DNA from: Eledone cirrhosa
Lineage: Eukaryota
Direction: 5' to 3'
Assembly: GCA_964016885.1 (NCBI GenBank)
Contig: OZ024741.1
Coordinates: forward strand, 300,638,001 to 300,702,000
Length of the DNA stretch: 64,000 bases
The notes beneath the pieces were generated by a model that was given only the letters and a program-made list of their open reading frames with translations, had not been told where the DNA came from and ran no database searches. Below, piece by piece: positions 46,330 to 60,300 of the stretch. Position 1 is the stretch's first letter. Each line of letters starts with the position of its first letter. The position numbers and the translations under genes are program-made.

Positions 46330-47877
46330 GTTTTAGGACAGCCAGGGTGCAGTGTAAAATGCCCTGGTATTATCGTGCCTGGGTATTATCCGGGGTCCAT
46401 CTGTAGAACGACTGCTGTGGTCTATGACCGCAATTGTTGACAGTTTCGGCTCGGCTGTTGAGGAGATCAGGGGGCGCTTGTACGATATAGTAAAGCTACA
46501 TGAGACAGAGCTGGCAGTTCTTCTTGAAGTTGTAGGGTGTTGTGAGGTTAACAATTTCCAAATAAGAGAAGCCGGTGCTAGCATCTTTTAAACTGGTGAT
46601 GTAATTGGTGAGGGATGTAGAGTGCCTTAGATTCCTATTTCTAAAAGAGTGAAGATGCGCTCGACATATAATTTTGAACTAGCCAGAAGTGGCCCCTATG
46701 TAGCATTTGACGCTATTGTGGCTAGTAACTGTACATTTATATATAACATTTCTAGTTAGGCACTGGCCCCGTAGTGGACAGTTATCGGGGTCACGACAAT
46801 TGCAGTGCTTACTATGGTCACCTCGGGACCGGCTGTTGTTAGTACCCACCGCGATACTATTATTAATGTTATTATTATTATCGGAACCACAGCTTCGATT
46901 GTTGTCGTTAGTATTAACTAAGTTAGGGACGCACAGGGTAGTACCATGTGTACGCACTATTGACGTCCGTATCGCAGCCCTCTACCGAACTACTCCAGCG
47001 GCGAGCATGCCGGTTAAGGTTACCACCAACATTACAGGATGCGGCTAGGGAATCGCTAAGTTTATCCAGTCTGCTGTATTCTCTAAGATTGTCTCTGCTA
47101 GGATGCTGTGTGTTAGTGAGCTTGCTGTAGTTACTTATCGCTATGAGATCAGCTAGATTAGGTGTATTTTGAGAAGGATATTTTAACCTTATTCTTATTG
47201 AGGATTTTTCTGTATTTATGGTTGGGTGGGAAGTTTTTATCTAAGGCGTCGAAGAAGATTCTAGGTAAGTCGGAGGCCACACTCCGAGAGTAAGGAGGCT
47301 GGAACCAGAGGACATTACGTTAGCGGTTACGTGTAGCTGTGGGTTTGCTATGGGCTGCGCTGGCTGGGTGACCCTTCTTCTCATTGCTAATATGTTGCTG
47401 TCTGGTGTGCATAGAGTGTGCGGCGTGCCTAGGTGCGCGAGATGTCTGAATGTGGTGGTACGTGTCCTCGCAAGCAGATTAGGGGGTGTAGGTAGTAAGC
47501 CATTACATTTGTTAAGCCTGTAAGCGGGGAATAAACGTAGTAGGCAGCTTGTGCTAATGTCAACCGGACTGTGACACTTTAGTTGCGGTGAACTAGCTGC
47601 CTCACTACCTCTGTAATTCGCGTGCGAGCCGTATCTATTGTTGCGATTACCTATTCTACTATTAGTTACATTAGTGTGGCTGCGGTGCGCTTGGTTATAG
47701 GTATGGCTTACTATAACACCAGTCCGAGATGGGGGGAGGCACGGTCAGCCTTAGGGAGGTAAGAAATCTGTACCTCCCTCTGAGACTCCGACGAGCCCAA
47801 CTTGGGCGTAACATGTGAAAGAGCTCCATATAAATAACATTTTAACGGTCTGTTTCTCTTTCTTCAATTTCTTCGAT

Positions 47878-47880
<3 letters not shown>
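46330..47880 (-). mobile_element. Decayed Penelope family D: linker/GIY-YIG remnant plus inverted pLTR (47620-47880; another copy 51725-51970)
   Basis: CNCRDPDNCPLRGQCL..NVIYKC..YIGAT in ORF 46679-46957, WFQPPYS-like codons near 47290-47308, and a decayed HHR CCGACGA-GCCC-AACTT-GGGC-GTAA at ~47788. Confidence 0.8.
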
Positions 47881-47909
<29 letters not shown>

Positions 47910-47953
47910 GTGACGAAACATAAGTCAATTGCATGAACTCATACTCTTTATTT

Positions 47954-48010
47954 ACTGCTATATATATATTCGATAATAGCCATTGAATGGATATGACCTC
48001 ATCAGGCAGT
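47954..48010 (-). ncRNA. Hammerhead related to family C, GAAA altered
   Basis: Minus strand: ACTGC-CTGATGA-GGT..CCATT-C-AATGG..ATC-GAAT-ATATATA-TA-GCAGT. Confidence 0.62.
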
Positions 48011-49008
48011 TAGTCAGTTCTTAGATATGCCAGCTCTGTGTTGATGGTATCAGATGGTATCAGAGCCTTGGGACATATGTATATATATATAAACTTGCTG
48101 TTTCTCTTCCTATAATTTGCTTTGCATCATAACATGCCTCCCTATATTAATATATTAATCGCGTAAATATCTCTTAAACATGTTAAATTGACTATGTCTG
48201 TCTGCAATTATTTACTTTTATATTATTATATTATTTATTATTATAATATTAACATTTATATATCATATTATTTCTATGTAATTGTATTATACGTATTAAT
48301 ATAAGTCAGATATTTAAGGTACTGTTTTGTAATATTTTGTAATATTTCATGAATGTAAACTCCATATATCTCTGTATATTTATTATCATTACTCTATGTA
48401 TTTATATATATATATATTTTATCAACATACTTCAGTTTTATGATATTTTTTCTTACCCTGTGAAAAACTTTATGTACAATTTGTTGACATTAAGTGATAT
48501 GTATGATGTTGTTTTGTATATATTTTTTGATGTCAGTATATTATTCTATTATTTTTTGTATTTTTTGTATAGCTTATTTTTTGTATAGTTTATTTTTTGT
48601 ATAGTTTATGCGCACCGTCAGGGAGATTTTTATATTATAGAGAGTATATTTATACTTATTAAGTGTTAGTATCTGTTTGTGTAAATGTGTATATATATGG
48701 ATATATATATATATACATATATTAAGCTTTATATTCCTTATTACCCATTATATTGTATTCTATATCATATTGTAATTCTCACATTGTATTACCATGTTGT
48801 ATTTAATGTATTTGTCTTATACTGTAATTTCAACGTTGGTTTGACATTTTACTCACTTTATTGCCCTATAGTCTATATTTGTAACTGCATACTTTTGGCT
48901 TTAGCATGCTTTTCCTTCATATCTCTCATAAGCTTTCATGGATATGAATCCCCTATTCTTCTGAGTTTTGGCTAGTTCTGGCCGTTAATGCTTCTTATCT
49001 GTTTACTT

Positions 49009-49049
49009 GCCCTGATGAGTCCTGATTAATGGGACGAAACATTGTAGGC
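49009..49049 (+). ncRNA. Minimal type I hammerhead, canonical core
   Basis: GCC-CTGATGA-GTCC-TGATTAATG-GGAC-GAAA-C-ATT-G-TA-GGC, then AATAAA at ~49051. Confidence 0.85.
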
Positions 49050-49127
49050 TAATAAAGACTTTTGATGTATTGAAGGCTTCTTTGTCTATTTTTATAATTT
49101 TTAATAATTTTATAATTTTATAAATGT

Positions 49128-49200
<73 letters not shown>

Positions 49201-49205
<5 letters not shown>

Positions 49206-49408
49206 ATAATAATAAATCTGAAGACTAAAATCCAAAGATAAGGATAAATATATATCAAATATATAAGAATCGTAGAGCAAATATTTATTAAAATAACAGA
49301 TTAAAGTGTAAGCAAAGAATCGCTGATTTCACCCTTAAGGGGATCTACAGAAGATCCCGTGAGGTTGAAAGCAGCGATTCTTTGCAAAAACTTTAATCTG
49401 TTATTTTA

Positions 49409-49413
<5 letters not shown>
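49201..49413. repeat. Fold-back of Penelope family A pLTR turning at its HHR-like core
   Basis: 49261-49345 inverts 49350-49415. The centre is GATCTA-CAGAAGATC. Confidence 0.85.
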
Positions 49414-49465
<52 letters not shown>

Positions 49466-49466
<1 letters not shown>

Positions 49467-49641
49467 GTTTCTACTTTTTGGCACAAGGCCAGCAATTACC
49501 CAGTATATTACTGGTACTTTATTTTATCGACTCCGTAAGGATGAAAGGCAAAGTTAACCTTGGCGGGATTTGAACTCAGACTGTAAAGGGACGTAACTAT
49601 GCTAGAAAGCATGGCGTCCAACCCTCTACCGATACTGCCAA
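49466..49641 (-). mobile_element. tRNA-derived SINE
   Basis: Reverse complement of the 37589 SINE, including A and B boxes. Confidence 0.88.
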
Positions 49642-50079
49642 ATGGCGATGAATTAGTTTCGCGAGGTTTTTGATATGAAATCGTGTGTCGAAACAAATAT
49701 TGATATAATTGGGGAGGGTCATATTTGCGTAATAATATTGCCAGAATTAATAACAGAACACACTCACTGTTTGGTTGGTTTTCGCTTCTGTGTCTTTTAT
49801 ATCGGTTAATTTAATTTATTCGGTCCTCAATGTTGCCATTGACTGACCAACGGTCAAAAATACAGATACAATATAGACACAAACACTATATATATAGTCT
49901 ATCAAAGTTCTTTCGTTGCACATCTGGAACATTGTCAGTGGTGCTATTATGTTTCCTCCCGTTGCATTGTATGCTTACGCCATATATAAATATATATATA
50001 TAAATAAAATAAGTTTCAGAAGATCCCGTTAAGTGTGAAAGCAACGATTGTTTGTTTAAACTTTAATCTGTTATTTTAA

Positions 50080-50226
<147 letters not shown>

Positions 50227-50255
50227 GCTAATATACATATATATATACATGTATA

Positions 50256-50545
50256 TAATTTATAATTTATAATAAACGAAGCCAAATTTTAGATATTTGA
50301 CTTAATTATTTTACATTACTCCGGAGTAAACAAACCAACCTGCGTACACCGTCGAGTCCTCCAATCTCCATCCTGAGGTATAGGTAAACAAACAACATAT
50401 ACTCAATATATATATTGAGTATATGTTGTTTGTTTACCGACACCTCAATATGGAGATTGGAGCACAAGACGAAGTACGCAGGTTGGTTTGTTTACTCCGG
50501 AGTAATGTAAAATAATTAAGTCAAATATGTAAAATTTAGCTTCGT
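50256..50545. repeat. Tail-to-tail fold-back of family C pLTR centred on (TA)n
   Basis: The centre is TACTCAATATATATATTGAGTA. The arms match 44527-44672. Confidence 0.88.
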
Positions 50546-50563
50546 TTATTATAAATTATAAGT

Positions 50564-50598
<35 letters not shown>

Positions 50599-50600
50599 TA

Positions 50601-50712
<112 letters not shown>

Positions 50713-50930
50713 TAGTATATCTACTCAAATATCCGTACAGATGTACGCTAATGCCAGCAAATACACAGGTTATGTCATAGTACCTAGGTGGTTCAATGCA
50801 GGAGGTTGCAGAACAATAATATAAAAGATGTAAAATAAGAAAATTTAAAAGAAATTTTAAAAATTAGTAAGTAAAATTTTAGTAAGTAAGTTAATTTTTT
50901 AAAATTTTTTTAAAATGTCCTTATTTTATG

Positions 50931-50973
<43 letters not shown>

Positions 50974-50976
50974 AGA

Positions 50977-51706
50977 AGTTAATATACCCAAGGATACTAA
51001 GTTCCCCTGGACATATATAGGTTGTCTATGATTTAAGGTTGTTCTATGGTATTAATTTGACATACCAGAACTATAATATTAAGATAAGTAGAATAAGCAA
51101 AATTTAACCAATTTTTTAAAATAAATTAAATAATATAATTTAAATATTTACTTATTCTTCTGGCCCTAACCGATCGGTTTCGATTTGTAAAACAACAGAA
51201 ATCCAATGGATTTCTAATGGAAAATCAAAGTTCATCAGAGAAGCATTTTCTTTTCCTATGGCTAAAGACCCAGGAACGATAAAATATATTGTTATCCGCC
51301 AGCTAGCACGGATCTAATAAGGTCGAAAAATGACCCGTACGTGAACTGCCCGAGGTAAAAGCGGGAGAAACATAGACGTGTTGTCTATCTGGTTACTAAA
51401 AATAGCAGCTAAATAGAAACAACAGATTTGTTCTCTACATAACGGAGTTTGATAAAAGTAGTTAATATACCCAAGGATACTAAGTACCCCTGGAAATATA
51501 TAGGTTGTCTATGATTTAAGGTTGTTCTATGGTATTAATTTGACATACCAGAACTTTGATTTTCCATTAGAGATCCATTGGATTTCTGGTGTTTTACAAA
51601 CTGAAACCGATCGGTCAGGGCCAAAAGAATAGGTAAATATTTAAATTATATTTTTTAATTTATTTTAAAAAGTTGGTTGAATTTTGCTTGTTCTGCTTTT
51701 CTTAAT
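50977..51706 (-). mobile_element. 483-bp partial tandem with HHR (51164-51242, -) and terminal inversion (51551-51706)
   Basis: AGTTAATATACCCAAGG at 50977 and 51460. Minus strand: TTCT-CTGATGA-long stem II-GAAA-CCGATCGG-TT-AGGG. The inverted copy has a GUC site. Confidence 0.75.
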
Positions 51707-52550
51707 ATATATATATATGTATATAATCGAATAAATTGAAGAAAGTGAAGCAGACTGTTAAAATATAATTTAAATGGAGCTCTTACAAATGTTACGCCCA
51801 AGTTGGGCAGGTCGGTGGCCCAGAGGGAGGTAAAGATTTCCTACCTCCATAAGGCTGACCGTGATCCCCCCCCCCCTAATTCGGACTAGTGTATAGTAAA
51901 CCATACTTATAACCAACCGCACCGCAGGCACACCAGTGTAACTAATAGTAGAATAGGTAATTGCAACAATATATATATATATTATTAGAAAGTGAGGTTT
52001 TTTACAAAATGAAAAATAACCGAGGTGTCCTACACGAGTGAAAGTATAAAGAAAAAAAGATGAAATCGAAAATGCAACTGGAGTCTTATTTTTTTTAAAA
52101 TATATATATTTATTTGGTTCCTTTACCGGTTTCTGAGTTCTTCTGCTTTTCAAAAGTAAAGTTGAGATGGAGGGTCTGTGGTTTTTCTCACATCTGGTTG
52201 GTCTTTGAATGTTACTTGTTTTATATGGAAAAAAGTGGCTCGAAACGCCTGGTTTTTAGAGAAGTAATTTGATTGGTTGGTCAATAATTATAATAAATTT
52301 CGCGCCAGTTCGCGTTACAAAGTTCTTTAAACAAGGGGGGGAGGCTCAGGTTGTTTTTTCATATGAGTGTTTGAATTTCTTTTTATTTAAAAAAAGGGGG
52401 GCTCACGAAGGCTTTTTTTTAACAAACGTAATTTGATTGGTTATAAATGAAATTATGGTTGTCACGTGAACAAGTGTTCATTAAATTTCGCGCCCGTATT
52501 TGGAAATTTATTCTGTAGCCTTTTTAGAGAATTTTATGACAAGCAAAAGA

Positions 52551-52738
52551 TAATTGTTTCTACTTTAGGCACAAGGCCAGCACTTTACCTGTGCATTACT
52601 GGTACTTTATTTTATCGACCCCGTAAGGATGAAAGGCAAAGGCAACCTCGGCGGGATTTGAACTCAGATCGTAAAGGGACGTAACTCTGCTGGAAAGCAT
52701 GGCGTCCGACCCTCTAGCGATACTGCCAATCCACCACC
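52551..52738 (-). mobile_element. Full-length tRNA-derived SINE
   Basis: Reverse complement of the 37589 SINE. Confidence 0.9.
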
Positions 52739-52869
52739 CAAGCAAAAGATAATGGTCAAGAGAAATGGGATGGGAGAATTGTTCTGGTTCAGTGAATATG
52801 GTTAGTTCGCTGGGGTGTCAGAATTCAGATTTTCTATTGAAATAAAGAAAGTAAAGATATGTATGTTTA

Positions 52870-52955
<86 letters not shown>

Positions 52956-53304
52956 TGTGTGTGTGTGTGTGTGTTGTGTGTGTGTGTTTGAATTTCTTTT
53001 TACTTAAAAAAAGGGGCTCACGAAGGCTTTTTTTAAATAATATATATATATATATATGTACTTATATTTATGTAAATATGAGTATATATACGTATATACG
53101 GATATATATCTATGTATACGTATATAGTGTATATATATACCTATATAAACGTATAAATGAAAATAGTATGTATATATATACATACATGCACACATATATA
53201 TATATATATATGTACGTATGGATTTACCGCGCATTTATAATGCTCGGTTTGTTTGTACACAAACATCTCGAATTAAGCCGTACAGTGTTTATACTGTGTT
53301 AATA

Positions 53305-54997
53305 CCTTAATAGAACGAAAAGTATTGTAATGCCGTGCACATCCATTCCGACAAAACTGGCAACCTATATCAAGTGGAGCGTAGTACTTACCATCAACTA
53401 CTACATAATGCTGTAACTAAGGATTACCGTACAACTAATCGGTGCGTCATCAAAGAAATCAACGATGCTGGGTTTAAAATCACCTGTGATCTCAACATCC
53501 TGGACCGGACCGAATCTCTGGACCCTATTTCTCCCCACTTTACCCTGAAGGATCACAAATCCAATTTTCCGAACAACCCTTCTATTCGGCTTATTAACCC
53601 TACAAAGTCCGATTTAGGTAGACTTAGTAAAAGGATTCTTGATAGAATCATACCTGAAATTAGAAGTTTGGCCCCTCTTGCACTGTGGAACAATTCTTTC
53701 GCGGTGATTGATTGGTTCAACGGCATATGCATCAAGGAACATTGCCGTTTTATCCAATTCGACATCAAATCAATAATTACTACTCCTCCATCACTTTACC
53801 ACTTCTCCTTAGAGCTATCAATTTCGCTAAAACACTCATAATGGTTAAGGATTTCGAAGTTGATGTCATCCTCAATGCCCGTAAGTCGGTGATTAATTAA
53901 AAAATCCAATAGTACCCCATTCGAGGTAAGTATGGGCGCCAGCGATTCAGCGGAGGTTACTGATCTTATCGGCCTTTTCCTTCTCTTCTCTATCAAGGAC
54001 GAATTCCCCAACGCGGGCGGTGGTTTGTACCGTGATGATGGTACGTATACTTTCTCGTACGTATATTTGATTGTATATCTTATGGCGTATATTTTATATA
54101 TTCTGGTCCATATGCTTTTGGTTATGTGTATAAGTGAGTTTTGCGTCTGTGTGAGTATGTGTGTTCGTACGTATGTACGGTGTGCGTATATGTGTACTTC
54201 GTGTTTTGGTTAACGTAGTCTCCGAACATTTGTGTATGTACATGTAGGTATGTGTGTGTGTTCGTTATATACGTATTTATTTATTTATATACGTTTATTT
54301 AATTATTTGTATACACACACACACACATATTTATATCTGCGTGTATTTGTATACCTATGGCGAGTGTTTGCATATGCTTGTGTATGTATGTATTTGGATG
54401 CTTGTATGTATTTATTTAATTTCTATAACCTCTGTATTTTATTTACTTTATTCTTAACTCTGAAGCGGACAATCATTCGGTTTCCTAGTTAGAATTTTAC
54501 TCTACGACTTCAGTTATACCATTTACGTGGATTTGTCTTTGCGTGCAATTGTTCTCCACGCCCCACATATGACGTATTATCTTCGTTTTTTCCTTACATT
54601 GCCATAGAACGTCTCTATGAACCACCTAAGAGAATATCAGTCTAGGACTTCTTTTATACCATAAACGTGGTTCTGTCTTTGCGTGTAATTGTTTTTCAAT
54701 GCTCCAATTAATGACGTATTATATTCGTTTTTTTCCGTTCTTTGCCAGGGAACGTTTCAACGAACCAAAGTATCGTCTTCCTGTCTTCCTCCGCTTGCAA
54801 CGTTTTTTGAAATATCCAGTTCTGCGTTTACAGATTGACTTTGTTAGTTTCAGAAGATCCTGTTAAGGGTGAAATCAGCGATTCTTTGCTTAAACTTTAA
54901 TCAGTTATTTTAATAAATATTTGCTCTACGGTTCTTATATATTTGATATATATTTATCCTTATCGAGCCCACTTTGGATTTTAGTCTTCTAACTTAC

Positions 54998-55005
<8 letters not shown>
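53305..55005 (+). mobile_element. Penelope family A, internally deleted (RT N-half joined to 3' UTR + pLTR)
   Basis: RT fragments 53335-54040 end at LYRDDG, followed directly by 3' UTR matching the reverse complement of 14510-15390. Confidence 0.9.
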
Positions 55006-55040
<35 letters not shown>

Positions 55041-55046
55041 ATATAC

Positions 55047-55154
<108 letters not shown>

Positions 55155-55183
55155 GCATATATATATATATATACACATACAGA

Positions 55184-55995
<812 letters not shown>

Positions 55996-55997
55996 TC

Positions 55998-56709
55998 AGG
56001 ACCTAACTTATCGAGTGCTTTGCTAACTCATCATTTGATATAAGTAGGTAAAATTTGCTTGCAAACCGCCAGAGTTTAGATTTTACTAAATTTCCACTTA
56101 TATTATTCTCCTAAATATCTAATTAATTTAATTAGACAATTCTGTTGATTGGTTAATTATTTGTTTTTGTTTTATAACATCTAGTCGAGAGCTTTTCGTG
56201 ATGATTAGCGGAAATTAAAATAATTCCTTTGTCTAACATTTTGCATGACCCGCCAAAAACCGGGTGTTATTTCCCTTGCTGGAATTAACACGTTACAGCT
56301 ATAGATACGATACGCTGCATCTAGCAGCAACATTTAGCCTATCACCTCTGTTCTGGGTAGAACTAAAAGACTGTTTAAATACTGAATCCTCCGTTCGATC
56401 ATGAATACCACGAGCTTGCCAGTCACGTAAGTCTGATATTTCATTTCGGATTCAAAGAAACACTTTAAACGTATAATCGTTTGATTTGTCCAGGTGTATT
56501 GTTCTCAACCTGTTAATTCTACCGTTACTTTGGTATATTATTGTGTTTAGATTTTGCCTACAACAATGTGTTTGATTTGTTCAGCTATTTAAACGTATGT
56601 TATTACTCTAAGGACCTAACTTATCGAGTGGTTTGCTAACTCATCATTTCATATAAATAGGCCGAATTTGCTGGCAGACCGCCAGAGATTCGATTTTACT
56701 AAATTTCCA
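55998..56709. repeat. 613-bp partial tandem in (TA)n (relative of the 36-kb unit)
   Basis: AGGACCTAACTTATCGAGTG at 55998 and 56611. Confidence 0.8.
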
Positions 56710-56845
56710 ATTATATATATATATATATATATATGAAATGGAATAGAATGAAATGAAATTTCATTTCTCACTCTTAGTACGGCACTTACTTAAATGTAAG
56801 TATGTATGTATACGTACATACATATATGTATACAGACGTACAGTA

Positions 56846-56922
<77 letters not shown>

Positions 56923-57370
56923 CAGGCACACATATATATATGTACGTATCAGTTTTAGCGAACATTTATTATAATGTTCGCTTTGTTCGTTTGTAAACAA
57001 ACGGACAGCATGATTTATGCCGTACGGTGTTAAGGCAACCACGTTACCTTTTTGTTCAACACTGACACAGGAACGATGTACTAGTTTCAAGCTTGTTAGC
57101 TATCGTCAGCACCGTATACTCTTCTGCCAGATGGTTGAACGATCGAAAGTATATACTTTCCTTATGAAAATTAACGGCTGAGCAGCCTAATTTGCATATC
57201 GAGTGAGTTCAGTCGGCCAGGCGCACCGAAAACGATAAAATGGAATAGAATGAAATGAAATTTCATTTCTCACTCTTAGTACGGAACTTACTTAAATGTA
57301 AGTATGTATGTATACGTACATACATATATGTATACAGACGTACTGCAGCATGTATATATATATATATATG

Positions 57371-60300
57371 AAATAAAGTTAAATAAAAGTCAAATGATTA
57401 AAATTTAGCTTCGTTTATTACTGCTATATATATTTCAGTGACAGCCATCTTTGGCTGTGACCTCTTCAGGCAGTTTGAATTAGTATGGTATAGACAAGTA
57501 CATATGTTGTTTAGGTGTATGATATTGCCAATACTCTGATATGCTCAGTTCCTTGTTGGGTTGTTAATTCACTGGGGAACTGGAGTCATATGAATTCAAA
57601 CAAACGAATTTTCGTGTCACAGGTCCCCTTCTCCTCTTATTGGTCAGTTATTAGAACATTCCTCATTCTAAGTGTTGTTATTGTTGGAGTTAACTTAAAA
57701 ATTGATAAAATGGTAGAAGGGACAAGGTGTTAAAGGAACAAAATAACAAAAAAAGTGTCAAACTTCCCATTGTTCAGTTCTGAGAGCATTCCTCAGTCAG
57801 AAGTCTATAGAATGCATTCTGTGGTGAGGCTCCCTGTAGTGTTTTTGCCTGCTATTGTTCAGTACATTTGACCTCCACCATTATTTTGGTACTGTTGTTG
57901 TTGTAGTGGTCAGCTTATATCTTGCTGCTGCTAACAATTTAGAAGTATCCAGTTTGTGTTTTTTCTTCATCCCTCCCGCCACCTTCGTAGTGGTGGTGGG
58001 GGGGGGGGTCATGTATATGAAGAAATATAAGGCAATAAATGAAGAAAACAGACAATAAATAAATAATATAATATAATAAAATAATTAATATAATTTGTGT
58101 AATTTGAAAATAAATAAATAAATAGAGAATAAAGAATAAAGAGTAAATGAGAGATTGGTGAAAAAGTAATGATAATGTATATGGAGAAGTGAGAAATAAT
58201 GTAGGATAAAGTGTGTGTGTGTGTGCTATAACCAATCTCAAGGTCAGAATATGTTGGATAGATTGGTATGATACAAGATGTTAAGATGAGATATTCAATG
58301 TGTTTGTGTTATAATCTATCTCAACTTAAAATAAATATAAGGTGATACAGTGAAGAGGGCAGAAAACAAATAACAAATAACAAATAATAAAGAGAAATCA
58401 AGATTTAAGATTGGAACTTGAAAGTCAGAAATCTGGTAAATTAAAAGTGTTTGTGTTATAGATGTTGGCCAAATTATTATGGCTGTGTCCGATTCTATCT
58501 CTAGGCTATCATGGTGTCTGCTCCGCCTGGGTTGTTCCCTGTGGCTTGAGGGAGTTCACAACCTAGGGTGTTGTTATTGCCCATATAGCTTGAGGGAGGT
58601 CTGGCCGAGAGGTGTTTTCATGTTCTGTAGAAGTCCCTATAGCTTGAGGGGAGTTCACATCTTCTTGTGTTGCTACTGTCCATATATTTTGAGAAAGGTC
58701 CCGGCTCTAAGGTGTCTGCATGTCCCGAAGAAGTCGGTTCTGAGGTTTATCAGGCCGCTTCCACCTCTTAGTATCTCGAGGGTCTCGTTCAGGCATAGTT
58801 TGCATATGCAAGATCCCCCTTTATCGGGTGGTACTTTCCTGATTATGTACCAGGCCAGTGAGTATGGGGTCCTGTCCAGCTTAAGCTTCCAGATCAGGTC
58901 GGAGAGAGCTGTGCTTTTCCTTTTGGCCTCCTTCTTGAATGAATGGCGATCGTTGTACCAGCGGTCCTTAAAGCTCGTTGATGTGGCTGCTATGTAGAGG
59001 TGTTCGGAGTTGGGGGTTTTAACCCTACAACCGTACACTATGTTCTTCTTGAGACATTCATTACCAAGGGGGCATGATTCGGGGTTTCTGCAGTTGCAGA
59101 GGGTGGTCGGCCTCTGCGTGCCTAGATTAGGGTTCTCATTATGTGTTACATGTTGGTCTTCCCCCATGCTCGGTGGGGGGTCCTTGGGTCTGTTTGTGTT
59201 TCTTGGGTGGGCTCTGGGTCCCCCCTTCCCTCCTTTCACACGGTTCTGCTGAGTGTTTGTATTGCCATCTTCTGGTTGTGTGTGGTTTTTAAACCTACTT
59301 CTGTTGATGCTAGCTATGTGCTGGGCCAAATTTCTCGTGGTGGAATACGAAAGCTTCACAGTGTGTTTGTTGAAGATCCTGTGGTATCTGTGGTCCCTCG
59401 GGAAGCATTTGTCAAGTGCTCCAAAGAATAATCGGGCCAAGCTTTTCTTTAGGGCCGCTAAGTAGGGTGGGCTGTACCACGTGATTTGTCGGTGTCTCCT
59501 CCTATATGTGTGGGTTGGGGGCTTCGTGATTTGTTGGAGATTTGTTGGGTTGCTGGTGGTTTCCGCACAGTTGCTTCCCTTTTGGGCTCTATACTTTTTG
59601 TTATCTTCGCGGCCCGGATTTGTGGGGTGGTTGTTGTTCGCCCCGGGAGATCCATCGTGGGGTGGTCGCCCGTTTCCCCCCCCCCCCCAAGTGTCCTGCG
59701 GTTGGGGTTGTCCGTCCTGGGGTAGTTAGCGTCACGCCTGAGACTGCTACTCATATTGTGCTCCATCTCGTGGTCAAGCGCACTAGTCCCCACCGGCCGT
59801 GTGGTGGTGTCTGGTACATGGTGCCTATTTGATTCTGCTCTGCCTGTATTGTTAGGGTTCGCCCTCCCCCCTCTGGCAACGCGGTTTTGGGTGTCTGTTG
59901 GGCTATCCACCTCCCGGCTTTTCGGACTATATGTTATATTTTGTCCATGTGCCGCCTTCTTTAGAGCTGCGTTGTAATATTCCGCGTGGTTGTTGAATAT
60001 TTCCTTACTTGCGGACAGGCTGGAGATCCTGTCCGAGACACTCTTCACCACTGCCTTGGTTATGGATCTAGGGTGGTTTGATTTGGCGTTAACATATACG
60101 AGTTTCTCGTTGGGCTTGTGGTAGGGGTAGTATTGCTCGGTGTTCAGGTTTAGGGTGGTGTCTAGGAAGTTAACTACCTTCCTATTTGGGTCTATTTCTA
60201 TGCTGAGCCCCTGGTTCTTAAAGAAATGGCGAATACGCCTCCTCATACCCTCCAACATATTGGTACTGTACTGTGAATAGAGCATCGTCACGATATAATC

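Noticed and set aside
49656-49696. HHR-like GTTTC..GAAA..GTC-GAAAC next to a repeat shared with 23761-23920
   Set aside because: Core and stem II are too degenerate.
58479-59977. Plus-strand ORFs over Penelope and antisense ORFs elsewhere
   Set aside because: Shadow frames opposite the RT/EN coding strand.
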